Positions 24,380 to 37,739 of a stretch of 64,000 nt of DNA are shown here, in pieces. The stretch comes from Podarcis gaigeae (lineage: Eukaryota), in the NCBI GenBank assembly GCA_964106915.2, contig OZ066922.1, one strand, 5' to 3'. The notes below the pieces were generated by a model, which saw only the letters and a program-made list of their open reading frames with translations, was not told where the DNA came from and did not search any database. A program made the position numbers and the translations under genes. Numbering within the stretch: the first letter of the stretch is position 1; every line of letters starts with the position of its first letter.

Positions 24380-25760
24380 TTGACAGAGAGAGAAGACTTT
24401 TGAGTCATCTGCCGCTCGCGTTCTTACAAAACCCGAGGCAAGCAGCACCCAACCCTCCCTCCTGCATTTGCAAATTGCAATGCTTTGTGCGGGCGCCTCT
24501 TGCAACCAGGCACGCTGACAATTAACTGGGGGAGGGAGGGAGAGAAAACTCCCGGGTTCCAAACGTTTTCCGAGAAGCAACAAGTGTTTCAGAAATACTT
24601 TCAGGCGCGGGAGGAGGAGGTGAGGGAGAAACCCGACAAAGGCGGGAAGACCTCACAAACCCTCTCCAGGCTTTCTTTTCTTTTCTTCCTCCCTTTTCAA
24701 GCTTTGCAATAGGCGCGCCCCTCCTCCTCCTCTGAAACCTGAACTGGCCCATCACCTCTGGGAGGCACAAGAAAACGCCGCACGCAAGCAAGCGCAGCAC
24801 CCGGCTCCTTCCTAGGCCGCAGTGGTAATTCGAGGTCAAAACGGCGTCATTCCCGGGAGTCGCGACCCACTCCCCATGGGAGCAAAGCATCCTCCAGCCC
24901 GGCGCGACCCCTCAGTCCGGAGTGAAGAAACGCGACACTCCCCTGAAGAGGAAAATTCCTCTCGGGAGAAACACGTGGGTGGGTGAGCCGCTGCCACACC
25001 AGATCAACACTAAAGAATTAAAAGGGGCGAAGGAGTACCTGGGCGGCCTCGAGCGCCTCCTCGGCGGTTGTTTTGCTCGGCGGCGGTGCTTTATCTAGAG
25101 TAGTGAGCCTCCCATGTCCGGAGAGCGGAAAGTTTTCTCCTCGGCGAGGCGCGAACCGCCCGCTTCCACCCGACGCGCACACGCTCCCCCGAGCGGGTTC
25201 CTTGGGAGTTGGCTCAGCCGCGCGCAATCCTCTGGGCGCCGCTGCCTCTGGAGAGAAAGGCGGGGAGGCGCTGCTAACAACAACAGCTCCAGCAGCAGGT
25301 AAATCCCTCCCTTGCACTGGAGCAGCCGGCTTTGAGCAATAATCCTCCAAGCACTGGAGGGAAGGGCGGGGGAGAAGGAGAGGCTGCTCCGCCGAGTCCC
25401 TGCCAGCCCCTCTCCAGAAAACAGAGTTGGAACAACAGCAGTTCGACGGCGTGCGGGCGGCGCAGAAATGGAGAAACTGGGCGGGCGGCGGGGTGCGTAA
25501 GGAGGCAGCCAGCGCGGGCCTCGGTTTTTGGGGCGTGTGAGTCACGAGGAAGAAAGAGCTGGAACATGTAACGTGAGTGTCTTCACGCACCTCTGGGGCT
25601 TAACTTCCTGAGCCTTGATTTCCACCCGGTTTTAAGGACCTGGCCTCTGCGGAGTCCCATCCTGAGCTGCCTGCTCGCTCTGCTTAGGGATGGGCGCTGA
25701 GCTGCCCTGAACTCCGCGCAAACGAAGCACCTTTCTCCTGACGCCTCAGAGCAAGTAGGA
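24380..25760 (-). promoter_or_regulatory. CpG-island promoter of an unidentified minus-strand transcription unit
   Basis: Dense CpG in repeat-free sequence; KLF/Sp GGGGCGTG 25530-25537, AP-1 TGAGTCA 25538-25544, ETS ACTTCCTG 25603-25610; plus strand of 1-24 kb looks A/C-rich by eye, as expected for a minus-strand intron. Confidence 0.75.
25039..25480 (-). other. Putative non-coding first exon (start position approximate)
   Basis: Ends at donor CCCAG|GTACTC; its clearest ATG opens a 6-codon uORF (25095-25115). Confidence 0.5.
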
Positions 25761-26029
25761 GGTGGAGACCTCTCTGCTGTTGCCCCTTCGCCCATTTAAT
25801 ATTTCTGGTTCCTTCCAAGTCTGCAAAATGTCAAGGAGGTTCAGGGAGGAGTATCGTCGCTACAATAAAAACTCGCATTACACGGACAGATGGGATCCAA
25901 TCGGACTGCCAATGCCAGCTGAAATTCGGTCACTAAGGGGCAACAGAAAAAGAGTAAGAAAAAGTGAAAAGAAAAAGTTTTGAGCTTAGCGGTTTGATAT
26001 AATATGATTCAACAAGTAACTGTGTAGAG

Positions 26030-26165
26030 CAGACATCTCCAAACTCGGCCCTCCAGATGTTTTGGGACTACAACTCCCATCATCCCTAACTAACAGGACC
26101 AGTGGTCAGGGATGATGGGAATTGTTGTCCAAAAGCATCTGGAGGGCCGAGTTTGGGGATGGCTG
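26030..26165. mobile_element. hAT-Charlie-like palindromic MITE
   Basis: Long inverted repeat (CCAAACTCGGCCCTCCAGATG...CATCTGGAGGGCCGAGTTTGG); 8-bp TSD GTGTAGAG; relatives at ~7.3, 18.35, 30.06, 42.63, 46.35, 49.37 and 57.95 kb. Confidence 0.9.
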
Positions 26166-26451
26166 GTGTAGAGCATAGGATACAATTCAGGCAAAATTAG
26201 GAGCTTTCAAGTACCACGTAAATCCCCTGGCAAGATTATGTCTACAGAGTTCTCGGCTGTCCATGTGCATGATCCAGAAGTCCTTACAACAACCCTGTGA
26301 GGTAGGTGGGACAAGGGCCTTTCCTTGCTCACCAGCAATAATGAGAAAAGTAAAGCAGGATTCCTGTGGCTAATGAAGGTAGCAGAAGTAGCAGGGACAG
26401 CTAAGATGGCAAGCGTAGACTTTCCCTTTTTGTCTCAAGCAGTAACGAAAG

Positions 26452-27120
26452 GTTAAGAGCATAAGGAAAGCCCTGGTGGATCAGACCAAAGGCCCATCTC
26501 CTCCAAGATCCTGTTCTTACAGTGGCTAACCAGATTCCTATGGGAAGGCTGTAGGCAGCACAAGTAGCTGTTGATAGACTTGTTCCTCCATTAATTTGTC
26601 TTATTCTCTTTAAACACCAACCAAGTAGGTGACCATCATTTTACATTTTGTGGGAGCAATTTCAATAGTTTAGCTTGGTTATTGTGTGAAAAAGTTTATT
26701 TGGTCTGTCCTGAATCTTACCACACTCACCTTTGTTGGATGGACCCAATTTCTAGTATTAGGAGCGCCATGGGGGGTAGAGCAAGCCCCCCAAAATTTTC
26801 AAGTAGTTCAATATTCTGCAGCCTGCAGTGGGCCTTCCCATGGCTGCAGTCTACCTGTGGCCACAACAGGTTTCACAGGGCCTACCTGCAGCTATCCCCG
26901 CCAGGGCTTCCTGCAGCTGCAATGGCCCCCGCCAAGCCTACTCTGCCGGGCTTGCCATAGCGGACACCGCCTGGCCTCCTACCACTTTATGTGTCTAGTT
27001 TTGTGAGAGAGAAAAGCCTCTTCCTATCCTACCCCGTATCTTCATGCCATGCATGAACTTATAAACATCTATCATGCCCCTCCTTATTTGCCTTTTTTCT
27101 AAACTATCAAGCCCCTAATG
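26452..27120 (-). mobile_element. CR1 LINE 3' region interrupted by a GC-rich insertion (~26760-26990)
   Basis: TAAGAGCATAAGG...GGATCAGACCAAAGGCCCATCT...ATCCTGTTCT is a CR1 3' UTR; TCTAGT recurs on both sides of the insert. Confidence 0.7.
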
Positions 27121-27328
27121 CAGTGGTATCTTGGTTTTTGAACGTCTCCATTGACTAATGTTTCGGTTTTCGAACGACGTAAACCGGAAGTCAATGGTTT
27201 GGTTTTCAAACACACCTCGGAAGTCAAACATGCCACACGGCTTCCGTATTGAGTTTTCCGTTTTTGAATGTTTCGGAACTCGAACGGTCTTCTGGAACAG
27301 ATTACATTTGAAAACCAAGGTACCACTG
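27121..27328. mobile_element. Tigger-like MITE
   Basis: CAGTGGTATCTTGGTTTT...AAAACCAAGGTACCACTG; flanks are TG/CA rather than TA/TA. Confidence 0.85.
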
Positions 27329-27754
27329 CATAGTGAAAATGTGCAGGTCACCCAGAAATGTTCAGGTCACCCAATACTGAATAGCAATTGCTCCCTTGCT
27401 GTAACCTGCCCTGTGACATTATGGTGAAGGACAGGCAAGAAATCTAATACATAATAATGATGATGTTCGTAATCATAGACATTTCAGGGTGTCTCAGCTG
27501 CTGGAAGTATTTGAGCATGGATTTGCCTAGAAGGTTTAATGAAGTAAAATGTAAAAATAAGCTTATTTTTTAGAAAATCAGGGTCACTTGGCATTCAAAT
27601 GTACAAGAAAAGAAGAAGCAGAATCCTGTGAATATTTCCTCAGAAATAAGTCCCATAGTAAGTAAGTGCATAGGATTATAACTTCTAATTTGGTTAAAAA
27701 CAAATTTTCTTTGTGCCAGGATGAGGTAAAAGAGACAAGACATAGTTGCCTAAC

Positions 27755-28312
27755 ATTATTATTATTTATTTAATTATTCCCCACCATCTGGCTCGGTTCC
27801 CCAGCAACTCTGGGCAGCTTCCAGCAAAATATTAAAATACAATAATTCATCAAATATTAAAAGCTTCCCTAAACAGGGCTGCCTTCAGGTGTCTTCTAAA
27901 AGTCAGATAGTTGTTTATTTCTTTGACATCTATTGGGAGGGCATCCCACAGGGCAGGCACCATTACGAAGAAGGCCCTTTGCCTGGTTCTCTGTAACTTC
28001 GCTTCTCACAGTGAGGGAACCTATAGAAGGCCCTCGGTGTTGGACCTCAGTGTCCAGGCAGAATGATGGGGGTGGAGACGCTCCTTCAGGTATACTGGGC
28101 CAAGGCCATTTAGGGCTTTAAAGGTCAGCACCGACACTTTGAATTGTGCCCGGAAACATACTGGGAGCCAATGTAGGTCTTTCAAGACTGGTGTTATGTG
28201 GTCTCGGCGGCCACTCCAAGTCACCAGTCTAGCTGCCACATTATGGATTAGTTGTAGTTTCCACGTCACCTTCAAAGGTAGTCCCATGTAGAGCGCATTG
28301 CAGTAATCCAGT
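27755..28312 (-). mobile_element. L2-clade LINE, ORF2 C-terminus and 3' UTR
   Basis: GLPLK..WKLQLIHNVAARLV....RDHITPVLKDLHWLPV.FRAQFKV is the typical L2 motif; (TAA)n tail. Confidence 0.92.
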
Positions 28313-28708
28313 GATTAATGGTTGCTGTTGCTCTTTGATAAATGGAGCAAAGAAAGTAGTTACCCTATATTAGCAAGCTCCATCTTCAATGGCGGACTTT
28401 GGGCTCTCAAATTGCAGCAGCACCCTGTGCTAAAATTCATCCCCTGCCTCTCGCACTCTGTTTTACACCATTGTTTTGCTGCCCCTGCAGCATGATGCCC
28501 CATGTGCAACCACACCAGTTGTGCTAACCTAAAACCTTCTCTGTCGTCTTCATCTGAATTTTTGAGACTGGAGAATCTTCTAGAAAACTTCCTGGTAACA
28601 TGGACCAATCAGTGTCTCAGGAACATGCTTTCGAAGCCAATTAGAGGGCATTATGCCAACACGATTTCTATTGTCCATGCTTTAAAAAGGACGTGTGGCA
28701 ATGTCAGC

Positions 28709-28831
28709 CATGGGTGTGGCCAAGTGGGGGCAGGGGAGCAGCTACCCCCCATCAAGTAAAACAATAGAAATACTTAACTGACCAATCACATAGGTTCTGT
28801 CGCCCCAACAAAAGTCCTGGCTATGCCCATG
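28709..28831. mobile_element. hAT (Tip100-like) MITE
   Basis: TIR CATGGGTGTGGCCA...TGGCTATGCCCATG; 8-bp TSD ATGTCAGC. Confidence 0.88.
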
Positions 28832-29279
28832 ATGTCAGCCAGAACTAGGAATGATGTAATGACTAGTTTTGACTGCAATTAGAAAATTCCTATGTTTGTA
28901 GACACTGAAGGTTAAAGGGAAACAATTAGCTAGGCAGGGTGGGGAACTGAATCCAGAAGAAACGTGACACAGGCAAAGGTGTCATAAAGGATATCTTATG
29001 TACTGTTTTGGATTAATCTACTTAACAAATCGTTCTTTTACAGTTCTGTCAATGGCTCTTTTTTTCTTTTCTCAGTGTTTCAGTTATTGGGCTTATTTCC
29101 CTTTTTGTACACTTCCTCTTGGCAATCTGGTTTCTTTTTTTGACTCTCAGTATCCTACTGTCAATATCTAGCTCTTCACCCTTCCCGCCCCCATTTCCTC
29201 TTCTCCTGCTGTTTTTACCAATATGTCTAATCTATATCTGCCTGGATATTGGATTGTTATCTCAAACTTAATATCTAAT

Positions 29280-29640
29280 ATGTTTTCCACGGAGAGCAAC
29301 AGGAGTTGCATTCCAAGGAACTAATAACATTTCTACTTGTGGCAGTCGGGCTACAGGTGGCACAAAACTGGGGTGGCTGGCTGTGGAATCAGCAAACTTG
29401 CAACTTGCCTTATGGAGACAAAAGATATGGACAGTGGAATTAATGGAGAAACTTACAACATATATGAGAGCTCTCAATGGAACTCAAGACTCCAACTATT
29501 GCACTTCTTTTATTACTTTCCTGCCTGGCAATCCATCAAATTGGCATACTCCATCTATACATGTAAAATTATACTTTCTTCTCCCTCAGTGGGTGAGAGG
29601 GATGAGAACTGTATTATTATTTTTGTTACAAATGTCTATT
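29280..29640 (+). mobile_element. Probable L1/Tx1-clade LINE 3' remnant
   Basis: Degenerate W.....W......EKLT pattern typical of L1-type ORF2 C-termini. Confidence 0.4.
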
Positions 29641-29646
29641 GATATA

Positions 29647-29887
29647 CAGTGGTACCTTGGGTTAAGTACTTAATTCGTTCCGGAGGTCCGTTCTTAACCT
29701 GAAACTGTTGTAACCTGAAGCACCACTTTAGCTAATGGGGCCTCCTGCTGCTGCCGCGCTGCCGGAGCACGATTTCTGTTCTCATCCTGAAGCAAAGTTC
29801 TTAACCCGAGGTACTATTTCTGAGTTAGTGGAGTCTGTAACCTGAAGCGTATGTAACCTGAAGCGTATGTAACCCAAGGTACCACTG
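29647..29887. mobile_element. Tigger-like MITE
   Basis: TA-CAGTGGTACCTTGGGTTA...TAACCCAAGGTACCACTG-TA. Confidence 0.92.
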
Positions 29888-30996
29888 TATTAGCACAGTT
29901 TTGATGCTTACTTTTGTAAAAACTGAACAGAAACATTTTAAAAACCTTAATATATGCAAGCCTAATGTTGCAATCCTATACACCATTTCCCTGGAGGAAG
30001 CCCTAGTGAACTTATTGGGACTTTCTTTTGAGTAAACATGTATAGAAGTTCCTAAATCAGGGTGACTCATTTGCGGTCTTCCATATGTTGTTGGACTCCA
30101 ACTTTCCCTCAGCACAGTCCAGAGTCGGAGATGTACAGTAGTTCAACAACATCTGGAGGACCACAGTTAGCCATTCCTCCTAAAATCTTTGCTGCTTGCT
30201 TCTTTTTCTCATTCAGTTGGGAATATTACCCTCTAATCTTCTCAACAAGTGTTTAGGTGTTATCTTTTATCCTTCTCTTTGGCTCATATTTCTGCTTTGG
30301 ACAAAGTTTTATCCCCATTCTTTCTCTAGAACATTCTGAAAATTGATCTGTTGCTCAGCGTAAAACATTATCTTAGTTTTTAACTCTTCTGCTCATTTAA
30401 TGTTTGTTTCTTCACTTTTATGTATCTATATTTTTCCCTTTACTGGATCTCTCTGCTGTTTTTGCAGTAAGTTTTGAACTTCTCTTCATAATATTGCTCC
30501 TTTCTTATTTATATTCCTCTATTCTTCCCAGGACCTACATTCATCTAACACTAATCTTTTTGGTAAAGTGACACACCCTTACTCTCTTCCTTGTATTTGT
30601 TCTTTCTTTAGTTATCTTGTGGATGGAATATTCAAGTGACATATCCTGTCTTGTATTTTTCATCTTAATGCGTTGTTTCGATTTTCTGTTTCATATTCTG
30701 AAGTTAATTATTGTATTTTTGTTCCTACTCTCCTTTCACTTTCTCCCAACTTGTTCAAAGGTTTTCATTTCTCTTTAACTGTCCTCATGTTTAGATTCCA
30801 AGCCTGCAGGCGGGGTCTTGTGGGTTTATAATTATAATTATTTCTGTGTAGTATCTAGAACATATTAGGCATTCTGTAAATTATAATAAATAATAATGTT
30901 CTTTCTCTACAACTATTAAGACAATAGTAAGATATATATATATATTCCTTTATTTTTAATACTTTCAGGCAGCAAACCTATCGCTTTGAATATACA

Positions 30997-31027
<31 letters not shown>

Positions 31028-32356
31028 GCAGGAAGCACTATAATTTACTTCTTTTGAGGGATTCTGAGGTCATAAACAGTCTCTTAGGAATGCACAAATA
31101 GCTGTCAAGATGTCAGCTCACATATCCTGGATCAACTCATTTAAGAAAGATTTTCCACGACATGGCAAACTATGATCCACCTAAACATTTCACTTTTTAT
31201 GTCTGTTCTGTTGTCCTTGGCCAGATTTCCCCCCCGTTTGGATTACAGCCCTATTTTAAGATGGGTGTACACTACACTAAAAAAATATTCACAATTGTAT
31301 GACTCAGACCTGAGATCATCTGTGACATAAAGAGTTATTCATGCATTTTTTGTTATTTTGAGTAACAGCGCCTTCCTATATATGTCTATTCAGAAGTAAT
31401 CCTTGTTAGGTTTGCTAGGACTTAGTCCTAGGTAAGTGTGTTTAGTAGTTTGCTGCCTAAGAATTACTCATTTATTCCAGTTAACTCTGGTTCTATCAAA
31501 AGTGCTTATCGTTTCTCAAATATACTGTAGTTGTGCACTGTTTCTTTAAAGCTCATGCCCCTCACTGCTAGCAACATACAACATAGATATTGGTATCTTT
31601 TTCCTTGTTGTGTGAAAAAGTGCTAGAGGGGGTAATTTTTGGCTGCGAGGAAAAGGACTAAGAACCAACAAGACGTGCTGCTTCTGTGTCTCAGTTTGCA
31701 ACTTTTCAAGTGTGGGTCTCATTTTGGAAGGAAATAGAACTGAGGGATTTTGTTACACATATCTGTGTATAATGTATTGTTTGCCCTTGAAGTGATCATC
31801 AATTGAACTGAAATAGGAGGAAATTTGGTTAAGTTACAGGCTCTTGATCCACAATTGAGAATAAAACTAAATAGCAATTTTAAAAGAAAGAAAGAAAAAG
31901 AAGCTCGCCTCTGAGGAATCAGTTACACAATGTGCCTGGTTCTGTGCCAGTCACCAGATTCCATGTGCTTTGTGTATATTTGCTTTCTTAAATTAAAATG
32001 TCTGGGGGTTGTTTTCAAAATCTTGAGATTCCAACAATACACAATCAAATTGCTGATTCCAGCAGTGGGCACAACTAGCATCTTATATGACAATGACTGA
32101 CCATGATAATATTAACTCTCACTGCTTTTGGGGGTGTTGAATGAAAAAAGTAAAGAACATGGCATGAGAATAAAAAGTAAAGTGTTATATATTTTGCCAA
32201 TTTATAATTAGCAAGGGCACACTAGGGAATGGAGATCCCATATTTTTGTACTTGTTTTCTCTATGCAAAGTATTTAAATCTGTCGATAATTATTTATTCT
32301 ATGCCTTCACTGCTCTCAACCAAGCTGGCATTATTGTTTTAAGGGCACAGTAGAGC

Positions 32357-32598
32357 CTGTGAGCTCCCGTTGCTCGGTCCCTGCTCCTGCCAACCTAGCA
32401 GTTCAAAAGCACGTCAAAAGGGCAAGTAGATAAATAGGTACTGCTTCCTGCGGGAAGGAAAACTGCGTTTCTGTGTGCTGCTCTGGCCACATGACTCGGA
32501 AGCTGTCTGCGGACAAACGCCAGCTCCCTGGGCCTACAGAGTGAGATTAGCACGCAACCCCAGAGTCGTCTGTGACTAGACCTAACGGTCAGGGGTAG
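32357..32598 (+). mobile_element. Sauria SINE fragment (head missing)
   Basis: GTGAGCTCCCGTTGCTCGGTCCC...CCTAACGGTCAGGGG. Confidence 0.88.
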
Positions 32599-32639
32599 TC
32601 TGCTCACACACACACCAAAACCTTTTTTTAGTCTTAAAA

Positions 32640-33040
32640 ACTCCCATTGACTGCATTCAAGTTCACATACATATGGTTCTTATGTTCATCGATTGGGTGC
32701 TCAGCCTTATTCTGAATGGTGTCACACTGACCTCGAATGAGCAGGTAAGTGGTCTGAATGTGCTCGTAGGTCCATCTTTATCACTGGAGGCACAAGTGCT
32801 ATTCATGGTATTGAGTGCTATGGTAGTTCTGGACCAAGATAGCATGATCCCAATCCTGCATGCTCTGGTGATGTCCTACCTTGACTATTGTGGTAAGCTC
32901 TACACAGGGCTACTGTTGAAGATGAACGAGAAACTAGTGCAGAATGCTGCCACTCAAGAATTAGCTGGGTTTTGGGTGCTATGAGGCCTCACACTACTTG
33001 TGTTGAATTTGCACCGATTGCCTATATCGTATTGGAACAT
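32640..33040 (+). mobile_element. Old L2 ORF2 fragment
   Basis: LHALVMSYLDYC..LYTGL.LK...KLVQNAA matches L2 HALV.SRLDYCN.L..GLP...LQ.VQNAA. Confidence 0.8.
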
Positions 33041-36000
33041 ATAAACCCTTAAGTGCTTCTTCCTAAAGTAGAGGGGACAGTGTTGCTCAGTGTGTGGGGA
33101 TGTCAAATACAACCTTCTCATTCATTATGAGACCCCAACTTCCTCCTGGAAGCATGGTTGAGCACATCAGTGATGCTCTGTCATCACCAAATGAAGACAT
33201 CATCATCTTCCTCTCAAGCAGTGCTTTTTTTTCTGGGGGTACTGAAAGGTACACCAGCGCCTTTTTTTCTAGAAGAAAAGTACTGGTTAAAAGTGTGGCA
33301 CTTACTGGCTTCTGGTTCCAGTCTGCCTTCATGGAAGCAGCCCCCACGGCAGTGGGAGAGCGTAGGAGATGCAAAAACAAGGATGATAGAGGGTAAATCA
33401 TTCTTGCAAATTCCCCCCAGGGCTGCTTCACTCGCAGGCCATCTCGTTACCTTGCTCCAGCATGGAATGCAGGGGCCAGGGAGGTGCTGAGTGCAAAAGC
33501 ATTTTGCCTGGCGAAAGCCCTCCTACGCCGCCATTAAGAAGCAGAGGTTTTCCTGTTGATTAGAGCTTAATTGGACTAAAGTATAGGTGCGTGCTAGAAG
33601 AGATGAGATTACAAACTGGAACAAACCAACAGCAAGGACTTAAGGTTTGTATTTGAGATAAGACTTCATATGGTGCAAAAGATGGGGGGGAAGCCTACGG
33701 TATGTTTATTTAAAGTTTTCCTCTGTACATTTATGATTTGGCAACCCTCCCCTGAAAGTTAGTTCAAATTATACTTGTACAAGTGAGGATGGAAGAAATT
33801 GGATTAGCAATATGGATTATAACATCAAATGGAACTGTGTGTGTAAAAAGGGGAAGAGCTCTTTTGCAAAAGGTTTTATAAATCATTTAATGTGTCAACA
33901 CGAATAGAAGTTATTAACATTGCAGCTGCTGTATAGGGAATTACTGTTATGACGAATGTAGTTGAAACTAATAAGATTTTGGAACGCAGAAATAAAGAAA
34001 ATAAGAAAGCCAGCAAATTTAGCACGTGGGGGAGGCACTTTAATTAAATGATATAATTTGGTATTTGAACGATTGATAGTAATAATTGTATTATAGATTG
34101 ACATTGTTATAATGAGGCTATTATTGGAATGTAATCAAAAACTAATAAATCATTATCTACCAAAAAATATTAAAAATGTGACACTTACTGTAACGATTTC
34201 ATGGTTACTACCGCCAGCACCGTTTTTCTCGAAGAAAACCACTGATTGTAGTACAGATATTATTTTATTGTTTTGGGAAACCACTTTGGGACAACTGTCG
34301 CAGTATAACATCATAAATAAGTACATAAAATAAATACAACCTTATTTGACTAGCCAGATAAAGAGAGGTTTCCAACAGGTATAGCTTGCATGGCAAAGCC
34401 ACACCTGTTGAAATGCCTTTTCTACACAACTATTAAAGGTACAAGAGCCCTGTCCTCTTTTCACTTTGCCATACCTACTTCATTCATGCCACCTTTGGAT
34501 TATCCAAGTTTCCACACTTAGAATTTGTGCATACTTGTTCAATAAACTAGAGCGCTGGCAAATCTCACTGTTAAAATTCTGTAATACGAACAGCCACCCA
34601 AAAATGGCTACTTGTGGCTTACAGACTAGATAGACAGCTTGTGTTTATCTAAATTTTGTTTTTGTTTTTCTCAGTTCTTTTGACTTTTCCAAGAAAATGT
34701 GTAAAACTATTTTCTCTCTCTTTCTCTCCAGTAAATCTTTTGACACCCAATTCCCATGTCTATGGCTACAGGAAGTATCCTAAAATAACGTCCACATGGG
34801 GTGGGAAATGAAAATGCAGTATTTTTACTACAGTAGTCTTCTAAATTTAGCATACTTCTGTAATATTTAGGCAGATTTCTAGATAATTAGTGCAATTTGT
34901 ATTTGGCATTTTATATATACTGTAATGTAACATATTTGTAGTCTGAAGCAATATAAGATGTGGTGGACACATTGCTGAGATAGTGTGCATGATTAAGTGT
35001 CATCAAGAGGCTTGCAGCCCTGTTCTATGCACACTTACTTCGGATTTTTAGCTAGGAAGCGATCCTCACTGATGCAGCATGCTCTGTTTTGCAGGATCTC
35101 GCAGCATGGTCACAGTACATAATCATACTGACTTGAAAGTAAGCACCATTGAAATTAATGAGATTTATTAATTCTCTCTCTCACACACACACCCTCTGCT
35201 GTAAAATACTGATATAAGGTGAGCTGGTTTGTGCTATATTAATGTATTTGGAGAATTTATGCAGCAAAAACAAACAAACAAAACCACACACAAACAGAAA
35301 AACTATACAATTCACTTTGAAATTCAAAATGCACCTAAAAATATACTCAAATCAGGTACAAAGACAGAGATATAAAAGTGCACCAGAGAAAATAAGACCA
35401 GTTTTAAAACAGAGGCATAAAATACCTGGGCAAATAAAAAGGTCTTCATCTGGCACTAAAAAGAAAACTGGTACCCAAGTTACCTTGGGGAAGGGAATTC
35501 TGAGGCCTAGGCGCCACTCCTGAGACTTGCCTGTCTCCTATTATTACCCACCTTACCTGATTGGATTGGGCTTGGAGAGAACAATTTCAATACCTTGGCA
35601 GGTTAATCATTCTGAATACATCCCTCGTTAAAACTTTGGATTAATTAACACACTGAGGAGGTTTCATTAATTCTAAAAACAGCCTATTTATGTAATCCAC
35701 TTCTCCATTTTAGAAATATGACATTTCATTAGGATATGAGAGGAAGAAACAAATTATAATAAATTAAAGTGACTAAGTACAGAGGAAAGTATATTGGGAA
35801 TGTAGAGGTTTTAATTAACAGAGGCACTAGGACTGGGCATTACTTATAAAGTCTTAAAATTTAACACTTGTTTCTAAAATGAGCCAGGTTTGTTGTCCTT
35901 TAGGCTCTCCCCAACACCACCACAAATAATCAGCTTGAGTTCATGTAGATGAACCTGAATATTTTACTCATTAGCTCTGGCAGATGTGAACTATTAAAAT

Positions 36001-36718
36001 AAAAGCAAGCATCTCTTGCAGTTACAAAAGGCTTATTGCTGAGAATTTATCCCTTACAGATCACCTTTGTATACATGATTGTAGTCATGAACTACAGACA
36101 TGAGCAAACATTAACTGCCACAGAGCTCTGTTATGCACTGCTATTCATAGCTCAATTCTCTACATATTTACACAGGAGTAAGCCCAATTGAATGTAGTAG
36201 GGCTTAGCTCATTTCCCGCCTAATCAAGATAATGAGTTTTTAGCTAACTATAGGTGTTAATTAGCTGACAAATGCCAGGATGCTTGCTTATCATCACTTC
36301 TTTGTTGATGGTAACATACATTTTAGCTTTAATACAATTATTACAATCTGTATTTTTTTTATTTTAAAAATCCCATTCATTTAACTGTTCAGGCTATAAC
36401 CCACAAGGCCATGTATGTATATATTTGATCTCTGGATAATGAATCTGCTGAAGTGAACTGAAATCTATTATAGCTGGTGCTTTAACAAATTAGCTCATAT
36501 TCAGTATACAAGACTCATCACTGAACTTGGGAAGTACTGCTGGTTCAAGAGCTACAAACAAGTGGTGTAAAGTATAATGAAAATTGCTTTTCCTTGATTG
36601 CTTTTTTTTGGGGGGGGGATATTGCTTACAAAGATTATGAAGGTCAATATTCTCAACTATAGAAGCTTCATTTGGGTTAAATATGTACTTTATTTGCAAC
36701 TAACATATGAGAACTAAC

Positions 36719-37073
36719 GGGACGCGAGTGGCGCTGTGGGTTAAACCACAGAGCCTAGGACTTGCTGATCAGAAGGTTGGCAGTTCGAATCCCCGTGACG
36801 GGATGAGCTCCTGTTACTCGGACCCTGCTCCTGCCAACCTAGCAATTTGAAAGCACGTCAAAGTGCAAGTAGATAAATGGGTACCACTTCAGCGGATAAG
36901 TAAACGGCGTTTCCGTGCGCTGCTCTGGTTCGCCAGAAGCAGCTTGGTCATGCTGGCCACATGACCCGGAAGCTGTACGCCGGCTCCCTCGGCCAATAAA
37001 GCGAGATGAGCGCCGCAACCCCATAGTCAGCCACAACTGGACCTAATGGTCAGGGGTCCCTTTACCTTTACCT
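36719..37073 (+). mobile_element. Sauria SINE, full length
   Basis: Head, B-box GTTCGAATCC and ACCTTT tail; near-TSD ATAT(G/A)AGAACTA. Confidence 0.95.
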
Positions 37074-37739
37074 TATATAAGAACTAGTGCAAAATGCATC
37101 TGTCACAGTACTGAGCAGCACAGGAAATTGGACCAATAGAACACCAATTGTTCAGAATCTGCCCTGGCTACCTATACACAACTGCCCCTTGTTTAAGGTA
37201 TTGATGCTACCTTATAAAGGTGTTGGGCCACACCTTGAGATCTGCAAGTGAGGCCCTTATCATCTGTATGGATGTGTGTTTTTTATTGATTTGTGAATTG
37301 TAAACTACGCTGTACTTTAACCAATGAAACTTTAATGGGAACTTTTGCCATCCTCAAAGACAAGCAGAAAAAAATGTAGACAAATATTGTAACAGCTATC
37401 TTCTGACGTTTTCACCAACAAATCACTTGTTTGCACTAACTACAGCTCAGAACTGACATATGACTTTTTCTGTATTGATATTTATTTGAAGTATTTATTA
37501 ATAAAGGTATGTCAATAGAACAGAGTGGCAGCAAAGAACCATGTACGCTGCTTTGAGTTCCTTTGAGGAACCCCAGAATGTATATGTAGTTAATATTAAC
37601 AATAAAAACTCTTTTAGGGTTTCCGGATGAAACAGTTAAATATGATCATGATGGTGCTAAGGGCTACTTGGTAATGGCATGTTCTACCACCAAGAAAAGT
37701 TTAAAGAAAAGTTTATTTTAACATTTTGCTAAACAACTC

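Noticed and set aside
25018-25590. Long overlapping ORFs (up to 190 aa) in the first CpG island
   Set aside because: Stop-codon scarcity in GC-rich DNA; low-complexity Ala/Pro/Arg/Gly; no recognisable domain.
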